A model generated the notes under the pieces. That model searched no databases. It saw only the letters and a list, made by a program, of their open reading frames with translations, and was not told the DNA's origin. From assembly GCF_009914755.1 (NCBI RefSeq), contig NC_060937.1: a DNA stretch of 64,000 bases, one strand, 5' to 3'. This document shows positions 51,201-64,000 of this stretch, in pieces. The first letter of the stretch is position 1. Every line of letters starts with the position of its first letter. The translations under genes and the position numbers were made by a program. Source of the stretch: the human T2T-CHM13v2.0 reference genome, Homo sapiens.

Positions 51201-51360
51201 GGATTAAGGTCACATTATTTCCCAGCCAAAAATCAGACCTTCATACAGCACGCCAGCCTTCTTTGGAGCTCAACTATTCTGACAATGAAATCCTCTGCTT
51301 GGTCCTCAGCTTTGTTTGCATTTCCACTGCTGCACATGGGAGCCTCTTTGCAAACTGTCT
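48300..51360 (-). mobile_element. Degenerate ERVL-class internal region (gag ~50460-50700, pol ~48590-48990)
   Basis: Minus translations: PFTKCARNMLVRG..LCKPLLTV (ERVL gag-like), ITLIHFTVHIMLIGPNE (decayed RT YIDD region), WRQHTQHLGTLLHTIHWVI*KAAGFV*DTEQERTLHQDQAKVKAA (HERV-L pol-like). Limits approximate. Confidence 0.8.
49388..49614 (+). mobile_element. MER30 (hAT-Charlie) inserted in the ERVL remnant
   Basis: GGCCACATTGGAAGAAGAA...GATAGCTGATGAGCTAAAAAAA...GTTGGACGAGCTTG. Confidence 0.88.
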
Positions 51361-51377
51361 ATAAGACTGGCCTTTGA

Positions 51378-51680
51378 GGATGGATGCAATGGCTCATGCC
51401 TGTAATCTCAGCACTTTGGGAGGCCCAGGTGGGAGAATCACTTGAGCCCAGGAATTTGAAACCAGCCTGGGTAACATAGTGAGACCCTGTCTCTACAAAA
51501 TGTTAAAAAATTAGCTGGGAGTGGTGGTGCATGCCTATAGTTCCAGTTACTCGGGGGTGGGGGGACTGAGGTGGGAGGATCAATTGAGCCCAAGAGGTCA
51601 AGGCTGCAGTGAGCCATGATCCTGCCACTGCAATCTAGCTTGCGGGACAAAGTGAGACACTGCCTCAAAATAAGGAAAAA
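51378..51680 (+). mobile_element. AluJ (Jo/Jr-like)
   Basis: GAGCCCAGGA, GTCAAGGCTGCAGTGAGCCATGATC; TSD AAGACTGGC(C/T)TTTG at 51363 and 51681. Confidence 0.92.
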
Positions 51681-51753
51681 AAGACTGGCTTTTGTAATTT
51701 AAAACCAAGATTTTGACTCTCTCATTCTCTAAATCTACAAATAATAATAATAA

Positions 51754-52208
<455 letters not shown>

Positions 52209-52463
52209 TGATCAGCTTACACCTACTGCTCATCTCTGGACTAAGCAACTATGTCCAGAGTTTCATCAGGATGTAACTGTTCCTTGTTGTTGCCACGTGA
52301 TTGGACTTTGAGTGTGAGGTGGAGAGGACAAAGAGTCTTTAAAGGAAAAGATTGATAATGGATAAATGTAATTTTCAAAGTCCAATTATTTATTAATAAG
52401 AGAAGAACAAAGGGCAAATGGGATTGCAAATAATTATGTTTACACATTTTAACTACTCAAATT

Positions 52464-52541
52464 TTAGATTGGTGCAAAGGTAATTGCAGTTTCTGCCATT
52501 AAAGTAATGACCAAAATGCAATTACTTTTGCACCAACCTAA
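52464..52541. mobile_element. MADE1 (Hsmar1-derived MITE)
   Basis: ~78-bp palindrome TTAGATTGGTGCAAAGGTAATTGC...GCAATTACTTTTGCACCAACCTAA followed by TA. Confidence 0.92.
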
Positions 52542-55500
52542 TAAATATATTCTAATTTGAATTCATTAAGAGTCTAATTATTCCGAAGCAATAGGGTTAA
52601 ATAATACTACACACATTAAAGAGGAATCACAAATTCTGAGAACACTTATATTTTTAACACAAAAAACTACCATTTTAATGCAGTTATTAATAATAAATAA
52701 AGGACATACATTCCTTAGAATATATTTTCTAAAATATCCTAATTGGTAACCTTGTTTTCAGTGAGTAAGCATCAAGAATTATATATTTTCATTAGTGAGT
52801 CTACAAACACACAAACACACAGAGGCATGCACAAATACAGACTTTTTCACAATTTTAACTTTGTTCACCAATTCAGAATTCAGATTTAAGAATGTTTGAG
52901 TGTTTTTCATGGAATCTTCAACGTATATTTATTTATAAACCAAACATTAGAACATTTGAAGTACTAAAGGATTCTGCCAATTTGGAAAGACTTTGAATCT
53001 TTCTATGTCATTATTGATTAGAACAAACATATGTGCAGCTTCTAAAATTTTACCTTCTTCCTTCATAATCCTCATTTATGTATATATAATATGGTTCTGA
53101 TATTTATACATAAACTTGATTAGCTAATGCAAATGATCATTGGATATGGCTTTGAAATTAAAAAGTAATTATATTACTTATTACTTTTCTATCTATAGTA
53201 GTTCTATTGTGACATTTTGATACTAATATCATTTCAAGAAAAATACAAATGAAAATTTGTGGCTATTAAATGTAGCCAATATATTTTAGGTTTCTGTTGA
53301 GTTATTTCTTCGATCTGTTAACTGGAAGCAGTAGACACACTGAGTTGTATAACACTGAACACTATTGGTCAATTCATTAATCTTGATAAATGATAGAATA
53401 GCACATTCTTCTCTCCTTTTCTTTTTATACCTGTATCTCTATATATACAGATATACACCAAGACATACATGAACACACATACAGAGAATACTTGGTGCAA
53501 TGAGACTTTTAAACTGTAATATACATATTATAACTTCCTCAATCTATATCAACTACTGCCTTGAAAAGGAATGAAGTTTAATTCATTTACTGTAGATCAT
53601 CTTAGAATGCAAACAAGTGAAGCATATGGCCCCATCAATGTGAGTTACTTTCTTTAACTGTTATTAATAATAAGTAAATGATATATATCTTCAGTTCCAT
53701 GAGAAATAACTCAATGAAGTCATGCAGGCAGTAAGGCAGCCATTGTACTAACCCTTCAAGAATTTAGGACAATAATATGAGTAGAGGACACACATAAACC
53801 AACAAAATTCAGCTTTGCTTCTGTTTTGTAAATGAAGTTCAAAAATACAATTTTGAAATTTAGGAGAGATAGTAACTATGTTAAAATATGTGGACATTTG
53901 ACCACATCACCTAGTGCCCTATTTTCTAAGCTTCCAGCATTGAACCGAAAGTGCTAAAGTGAATCAGATGAAATACCTTGATGTCAGTCAAAGGGAATAG
54001 CCTGATTGCTCAGCCATCCTTTACAATCTCCCATTGAACCAAGGAGAGGTGAAACGATGTATATAGCAAAGTCATGAAGATTGATGGCGCCCGCTGCTTC
54101 CAAATGTACCCTATCTGCATGCAAACCACTTGACACATGAACTGATAGAAAACAAAGAGTGTTTGCCCAGGAAAAGTGCTTCAGCAAGCTTAATTTCCAT
54201 AGCCATTTGCACAGCAAAAGCAAGATCTAATAGGTCCCAGAGAAATCAGCAAAGCCATGATAAGAATTCAAAGCCACAAACTAAATAAAAAGAGATTATT
54301 AGCTACATTGCAGTAGGCAAACAGTAAAGACTTAAGTGATCAATACTTGACAAGACACATGCCACAAGCTTCATGTATAGGTCAGTCTCACACACCGTTT
54401 TTTAAATAAATCGACTGACTTTTGGACAAGGCACATAAAATGTCACTTTTTATCTCTCAGTTGATATTTTCCTCCAAGAGGGAAAAAACTTATCTATTCA
54501 CCTCCCTAAGAGATTTGATCGAAAAGATAGTCACTCCTGATATAAGGTTTAAAGGGGAAAACTGCAATCAAGTGGAAATTTTTGTCAGTACCTTAATCTC
54601 TGATTTGTAGAAGGTTTTGCTTTGGGATATTTGGTATGTCTGAGGATTGCCACCAAAGAGCCCTTCTGTTCTTTAATGGCTGCACTAAATCTTAACAAAC
54701 GTGAGCATGAAAACTATTGTGCTGCACTCGTGAGACATATATCAAAGTTATATTTTTTAAAGCTTGGGAAGGCAGTTGAATCATGCATGCTCTTTATGGT
54801 GCTCTGATCAGGCTGATAAAGGCAGTTCAGCTTCAATAAATGCTTTTTAAGTGAATGTTTTGGAAAGTGAATAGGAAATTCAAAGCTCAAACTGTTGCCA
54901 AACTGCTCCCACAGCACTTTGATCACTTTGTTTCTGACATTTCGTTGAAAATGTCTTGTTTTTATTAAAATGTTGGCATCTAGAGACCGAGAAAGTTAAC
55001 TGTAGTCACCAAAAATATAATATACAGTAAATCATGGGATGACATGACTTATTAAGTACTTTGTACACATTCCTTAAAAAGAAAAATATTTCCCTGTGGG
55101 GTCACACACAGCATTGCACTTGTCTGGGAAAAAGTTCATATTGTTAAAAGAAAAACAAGTACAGAAGATAAATCAAATACTAGCACTTTGCCTCAGGCAA
55201 AAGGATAAGAAGTTATACAACTCTGCTATCAAAAAATTAGTAATTTTATTATATAAACATTTGAAAAAGTATAGAGACAAATGTTGAAATAAGCCTGATG
55301 CATTTGTATGCTACCTTTAAATTATGATCACAGAATGTATCTTTAACTAGAAGGACAGAGAGGATATTATGACCCTTTCATATTTTACATGCTGGAAGAA
55401 TGTTTCAATAATTAGGGAATGCAGATTTCTCTGATCACAAATGTCACAGTTTAAACTGTGTGACTTCTGCAATTGAGGTGTTGAGTTAATCTGAAGAGTA

Positions 55501-56080
55501 GGGTATATGTGCAAACCAAAAATAGTAACTAGAAAATTACTCAAATATAGACACAAACATTAGTATTAAATCTATAGGATGTTCTTAATATATTTGACAT
55601 ACATAAAAGGCAAAGCATAACATTCTATGCTGATGTTGCTAGCAAAATAATAATGATGATCATGACTTGAAGAATAAGCAGTACATTGCTTTCTTCCTTG
55701 TTCTAGTTAAAAATCTAATCTCTCCAACATTTGCTTCAATTTTACCAGCTGTAATTTTTAATACCTCTTTCCAAAATTTTCATTTCATTATCTTGTTAAC
55801 TAATGATATCCCTTTGAGCCACTACATGAAGTTGTGATAATTTTCATAGTTTTCATGTACTCTGCAGTATCAGGGAACATAAAGTAAAATGATAGTTCTG
55901 AAAAACTGAGAAAAGAAGTCAGTGAATAGAAATTAAACTCCACATCAAACTACCAAGAAGTACCAATAATAGGAGATATACATATATACATATGCAGGTA
56001 TATACATACACATGCATATGTTTTATATATACATATGTAGTTATATATACACACACATGTTTTATATATACATATATACA

Positions 56081-56413
56081 CACACCCATGCATCACTTAA
56101 CAATGGGAACACATTTTGAGAAATGTGTCATTAGACAATTTCATCACTGTGCAAACATCATGGAATGTACTTTCACAAACCTAGAGGAAATAGCCTACTA
56201 TACACCTAGGTAATATGGTATAGCTTACTGCTTCTAGGCTACAAACCTGTACAGTATGTTACTGTTATGAATACCAAGGCGAGTGTAAGTCAATGTATGT
56301 ATTTGTGTATCTAAATATATCTAAACATAGAAAAAGTACAGTCAAAAATGGCATCATAAACATGCAACCACTGTTCTTGGCTGACTGCAATGTCATTATG
56401 TGGTACATGAATG
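56081..56413 (-). mobile_element. Tigger3a-like short DNA transposon
   Basis: Same termini and first ~270 bp as the 27630 element, internally deleted form. Confidence 0.8.
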
Positions 56414-56602
56414 TATGTAGAGCTTTCCACCCAGAGAATTAGAGCATTATTACTAAACACAGACCTGGATGTTTAAGTCAATATATTGATATGTGTCACT
56501 ATTTCAAAAACTTAGATTTTTTTGATTAAATAATTATTGAACCAGAGATTTGATTGAAGATTCATAAAGCCAGGTCTCTCTTTAATAATAGTGAGTGAGT
56601 AA

Positions 56603-57107
56603 TTTGGGTCATGGTCTGCCTGGAGATAAACTCGTGCTGTTGGCAGGGCATGGCAGGAGCCAGACCGGCCACACCAACTGTGAGGGAGCTGGGTGAGGCC
56701 TACTGCTACCGGCTTTCCCCCACTTCCCTGGCGACAGAGGCAGCCACATTTCCCTCTGAACCCCATTGGCTCAAGAACCACCCCTCCATCCCGCACAGTG
56801 ACCGTGGCAAGCCCCACCCAAGGATAGTCTGAGCTCAGATCCCCCTAACCCCGCCCCCACCTGATACTATTTCTCTACTGCCCAGTACCTGAACACAGAA
56901 GACATAAACTCTTGGGAATTTTCTGACCTCGCCCATCGTCTGAGAAACCCGAATGCTTATCCTGGCCATCTTGGGGCAAGCTTATATCCCCCTTCCACTA
57001 ACGCAGCTGGTGCTCTCTTAAAAACGTCACCTCCTGGCTGGAAGCCAACGAACTCAGGACGTTACAGCATCTCGTAACAGAATAACCCTGCTCCAAGGAA
57101 GGAGAAA
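56603..57107 (+). mobile_element. L1PB(a)-type 5'UTR fragment (MER25-like) flanked by a 19-bp direct repeat
   Basis: GC/CpG-rich; recalled L1PB 5'UTR motifs (GGAGCTGGGTGAGGCCT, GCTTTCCCCCACTTCCCTGG, CACCTCCTGGCTGGAAGCCAAC). Repeats AATAAT(A/G)GTGAGTGAGTAA at 56584-56602 and 57108-57126. Confidence 0.7.
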
Positions 57108-57981
57108 AATAATGGTGAGTGAGTAACGTGGAACAAACCTCACTCAGGATTGCTGCTGAACAGCAACAGCAATAGTAATCTCCCTGAATAAGTGAAGGCA
57201 CAGGCAAGTTAAGAAGATAACAAATAATTACCAGACAAGGAGCCAGGAAAGGCTCAAAACCAGGGAGTGAGCCTGGCAATAGAGACTCCTGAAGCTATTT
57301 AATTATGGAGGTGGCAGCTGAAAGTTAGGAGGTAGAGTGGAGCATTGATAGCCTTCTAGGAAGGTGGGGAGAAGGATTTGATTCCATGTCTTGCCAAGGA
57401 AGGATAGCCTGATGAACCCTATCACAGTGGCTGGAGATACTGAAGCTCTGAATTCTATGAGAAAGGTTAATTCAGAATAATCAGAGACTGCAGTGCACCT
57501 TCAAATCATTCTAATCTTAGACATTGCGTTAGGATGATGCTGGAGTGATTGTGCCCTCTATCTCCTTGGAAGAAAGAAAAAAAAAATCCCCAGAGGGTGA
57601 TATTATTATAATTTTCAAAATATTTCTAAAACAATTTTCTAAATATAACTTCCACACACGAACAAACATAGCTAGGTACAAATAAATGCAGGTAGACAAC
57701 ATGTAGAAAAATCAGTGTAACAAAAAGAACCTACAGAAATTATGTGTAGAAATAAATATAATTTCTGTATGCTAGACAATAAAATAATAGATAATTTTGT
57801 TAGAAATCTAGAAACTCTTAAGCAAAACTTAATAATATACTGACTAAAATGAAGAACAGAAAGGATGGATTTAATATAACATTAGAAAAGGTGAAGGGAT
57901 TTTTCGTTAAATAGAATACTACCCATAAGTAAATATTTAGACTAAATTACAAAAGGACAAAAAGTTTAAAAATCAAAAAAG

Positions 57982-58261
57982 GGCCGGGCGCAATGGCTCA
58001 AGCCTGCAATCCCAGCACTTTGGGAGGCTGAGGTGGGTGGATCACCTGAGGTCACGTGTTGGAGACCAGACTGGCCAACATGGTAAAACTCCGTCTCTCC
58101 ATCTCTACTAAAATACAAAAATTAGCCGGGCCTGGTGGGGGGCACTTGTAATCCCAGCTACTCAGGAGGCTGAGCGCTTGAACCTGAGAGGTGGAGGTTG
58201 CAGTGAGCCAAGATCACACCATTGCCCTCCAGCCTGTGCAACAAGAGTGCAGCTCCATCTC

Positions 58262-58300
<39 letters not shown>

Positions 58301-58301
58301 A
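57982..58301 (+). mobile_element. AluS with (TAAA)n tail
   Basis: GGCCGGGCGC start; about 10 TAAA units at 58262-58301. Confidence 0.92.
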
Positions 58302-58619
58302 TGACATGGTATGATATATAGAATACAGTGATATGGTTTAACATATATGTAAGTAAAGATCTATAAAAGAGAGAGAATGGACCAGAAACTGAATTTGAAG
58401 AGATTGTGGTTGAGAATACATAACACTGATTCAAGACAACACACAGATGCTAGATTAGCATACCTCAAGCAGAAAAAATAAGAAAGTAATCCACGTGTAG
58501 AAACATCACAGTATACCTTCTGATAAATCAAGACAAAAAGCAAATCTTAAAAGCAACTGCAGAAAAAATTCAAGGTTACCTTTCAAAGTGCAAAATGCAG
58601 GATGAAAATTGATTACTCA

Positions 58620-58656
58620 ACACACACATGTACACACACACACACACACACACACA
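58620..58656 (+). repeat. Interrupted (AC)n microsatellite
   Basis: AC run with an ATGT interruption. Confidence 0.9.
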
Positions 58657-58779
58657 AATAGAAGCCAGACTACAATATTGCTAGCCTAGAATTCTATGTC
58701 CTTCAAAAATTAAGCTGAAATGAAGACATTTGCAGACACAGAACCCATTGGTTGGCATAGCCCAATAGTTTAAATACTA

Positions 58780-59215
58780 TTTATATGTTGATTACCAAAT
58801 ACCTATCTCAAACTCCATGCTCTATTCAACACTTTCACATCTCTATTTGAATGTTTCATAAATATTTCAACCCCCTACAGTATCTTCTATTAAAAATGAA
58901 CTCTTGATCTTATTGCCAAAATCTGCTCCACCTACAGCCTTCACAGATGATAGCAGTTGCGTGTGCCTGACAACACTCTTTCCTATATTCACTAGGCAAT
59001 CACTATCCGTCACTTTATTTTTTTTACCAAACATATCCAATAAACTGCTAAGCCATAGCAGCAAGAATTATCCTTTCGCAACCTCATTCAGATCATGTTA
59101 CTCTTTTCCTAAAAACCTTCAATGACTTCCCATTTCAATCATTAGAGATATATTTTTCTTTCCAATGGACTATAAAATGCTGCATGATTTGTCTTCCTTC
59201 TTTCCATTTCCTTCC
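58780..59215 (+). mobile_element. L2 fragment
   Basis: TGAACTCTTGATCTT, CAGATCATGTTACTCTTTTCCTAAAAACCTTCAATGACTTCCCATT. Confidence 0.6.
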
Positions 59216-59714
59216 TCTTTGACATTATTGTCTAATACCCCTCTACCAAAGCAACAATTGAGCTGGAAAGAGAGATTTACAATTAAGTAATTCAGAACAG
59301 TGATACCTGCTTAAACACTTACAACAACAAACAGAGTATTGGATGAAGGGAGAGGTTCCTACACGTAGGCAAAAACGTGGCATGCATAACCAAGCTACCA
59401 TTTCCCATTCCTCAGTATATAACAAAAGCTCAGGAAGAAGGAGTGGCCTGCACTTCAGGAGCAGCTGGCCTGTGCCAGAGCAGGCAACTGGATTCATGTT
59501 CTCCGAAACTTTGGGATTGTGCACTTTAGTGGATATGGCAGTGCCCTGAGGAACTGGCATAGATTTTTGCCTTGGTTTTAGTCCTCTAGGACACCATAGC
59601 TTTCCCAGATACATTGATCAAGAAGATTTAAAGGACCAGTGTACCTTTGTTGTTTTGTAGTTTTGTTTTTTTTTTTTGTTTCTTGGAAACACATTTTAAA
59701 AAATCTTAGTCACC

Positions 59715-60030
59715 GGCCGGGCACGGTGGCTCACAGCTGTAATCCCAGTGCTTTGGGAGGCCAAGGAAGGTGGATCTTGAGGTCAGGAGTTCGAGACCAG
59801 CCTGGCCAACATAGTGAAACCCCATCTCTACTAAAAATACAAAAATTAGCTGGGCATGGTGGCACACACCTGTAGTCCCAGCTACTCAGGAGGCTGAGGC
59901 AGGAGAATCACTTGAACTCGAGAGGTGGAGGTTGTGGTGAGCCAAGATCACGTCACTGCACTCCAGCCTGGGCAACAGAGTGAGACTCTGTCTCAAAAAA
60001 AAAAAAAAAAAAAAAAAAAAAAGAATGAAA
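59715..60030 (+). mobile_element. AluS (Sg-like) with long pure A tail
   Basis: GGCCGGGCACGG start; TSD-like TAGTCACC on both sides. Confidence 0.93.
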
Positions 60031-60237
60031 AAAAACATAGTCACCATTAGACTGCAGAGACAACAGAACAGAAACTTCAGTGACTGCACACAGCAAGGAA
60101 TACACATCTTACAAAAATAAAAATAATTTGGAAAAGTAAAAAACTGCTTCACATGTCACCAAACAAAAAATCAGAAATCCCAGAGGAGTTAGAGAATCAA
60201 ATTTCTAGAGTTACTGCATAATAATACTGAGAATGTC

Positions 60238-62110
60238 TCTGGCTCTTTTTTGGTTCCACATGAATTTTAGAATTTTTTTTCTAATTCTATGAAAAACGAT
60301 GTTGGTAATTTGATAGGAACTGCATTGAATCTGTAGATTGCTCTGGGTAGAATGGTCATTTTTGTGATATTAATCTTTCTAATCCATGAGGATGGAATGT
60401 TTTTCTATTTGTTTTTGTCATCTATGATTTCTTTCATCAATGACTTGTAGTTCTCTTTGCAGAGATTTTTTCACATCCTTGGTAAAATATATTCTTAGGT
60501 ATTTTTTTTTTATTTTTTTGATGACTATCATAAGTGGGATTGAGTTCTTGATTTGATTATCACCTGAACATTACTGGTGTGTGCAAATACTACTGATTTT
60601 TTTACCTTGATTTTGCATCTTGAAACTTTACTGAAGTTTTTAATCAGGTCTAGAGTCTTTGGGGAGAAATCTTCAGTGTTTTCTAAGTAATGAATAATGT
60701 AATCCACCAGGAGATATTTTGACTTATTTTTTTCATATTTGGATGTCTTATTTCTTTCTCTTGTGTGATGGCTCTGGCTAGGACTTCCAGAACTATGTTG
60801 AATAGGAGTGGTGAGAAAGGACACTTTTGTCTTGTTCCACATGTTAGGGAGAATGCTTTCAACAAACAAGAACATGAGGAAAGAATACCCTATTCAGCAA
60901 AAGATGCTGAGAAAACTGGTTAGCCATTTATAAAAGGATGAAACTGGACTCCTACCTCTCACAATATATAAAAATTAACTCAAGATGGATTAAAGACTTA
61001 AACGTAAGACCTCAAACTGTAAAAACCCTCGAAGAAAATCTAAGACAAACTTTTCTGGACCTTGGCCGAGGCAAAGAATTTATGACTAAGTCTTCAAAAG
61101 CAATGGGAACAAAACTGAAAATTGACAAATGGGACCTAATTAAACCAAAGAACTTCTGTACAGGATAAGAAACTATCAACAGAGAAGACAGACAATCTAC
61201 ATAATGGGAGAAAATATTTGCAAATGATGTATCCAACAAAGGAATAATATAAGAAATCCATATGGAGCTTAAATAAATAAGAATAAAACCATTAAAAGTG
61301 GGCAAAGGACATGAACAGACACTTAGAAGAAAACACATATGTGGCCAGAAAACATGAAAAAAATGCTCAACATCACTAATCATCAGAGAAATGCAAATCA
61401 AAACCACAATGAGATATCATGTCAGCCAGAGTGAGTATTATTAAAAAATAATAAAAAAATAGATGTTGGCAAAGATGAGAAGAAAGGAAAATGCTTGTGC
61501 ACTGCTGATGGGAATGTAAATTAGTTAAACCCCTATTAAAAACAGTATGGAGATTTCTCAAAGAACTAAACATCTCACTCAGCAATCTCACTACTGGGTA
61601 TATACCCAAAGGAAAAGAAAGTATTTTATTTAAAAAAACAATACAAAAAGAAGACACCTGCACTTGTATATCACAGCACTATTCACAATAGGAAAGTCAT
61701 GGAATCAACATAAATGTCCATCAATGGTGGATTGAATTTAAAAAATGTGGTACATATATGCCATGGAATACTACACAGCCATAAAAAAAGAATGAAATCA
61801 TTTCCTTTGCAGAAACATGGATACAGTCATTATCCTAAGTGAATTTACTTAGAAAAGCAAATACTCTGTTCTCACTTATAAGTGGGAGCTAAACAATGAG
61901 TACACAGGGACATAAAAATGGAAACAATAGCCTCTGAGGACTCTGAAAGGGTAAGGAGAGTGGGTGACAAGGCCTGAGAACCCACCTGTTGTGTAGTATG
62001 TTCAGTCTTTGGTGATGGGTTTACTAGAAGCCCAAATGCCAGCATCACTAAACATACCCATGTAACAAGCCTACACATGTACCCTCTGAATTTAAGATAA
62101 AATGAAAATT
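60238..62110 (+). mobile_element. 5'-inverted older primate L1 (L1PA15/16- or L1PB-like): antisense ~60238-60863, sense ~60864-62110
   Basis: Minus ORF2 remnant ([16 protein letters not shown]) abuts plus ORF2 ([14 protein letters not shown]), then a 3'UTR ending CATGTACCCTCTGAATTTAAGATAAA. TSD not resolved. Confidence 0.85.
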
Positions 62111-62180
62111 AAAATATCAACTGTCTCAAATACACTCAATGGGATGAAAGAAACCATAGTAAAGAGCTAAAGTAAATAAG

Positions 62181-64000
<1,820 letters not shown>

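Overview
AT-rich primate (human- or ape-like) nuclear DNA, intergenic or deep intronic, dominated by interspersed repeats. I found no intact host gene, tRNA/rRNA or CRISPR array, and most track ORFs are repeat-derived or chance. Best-supported features: a full-length processed NPM1 pseudogene (- strand, ~30482-31760, 13-bp TSD); a 5'-truncated L1PA4-like LINE with a 584-aa open ORF2/RT segment; two 5'-inverted L1s; a THE1 provirus and a THE1 solo LTR; a decayed ERVL gag/pol; 12 Alus; and Tigger3, MER2B, MER30 and MADE1 DNA transposons. I cannot support a new biological system. The most unusual signals are structural: an L1 5'UTR-only fragment with a 19-bp TSD and no poly(A), an apparent ~1-kb post-insertion inversion splitting an L1MA9-like element, L1 breakpoints clustering in one ORF2 segment, and a possible short L1 3' transduction. 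Subfamily names come from recalled consensus motifs, and boundaries of old repeats are approximate.
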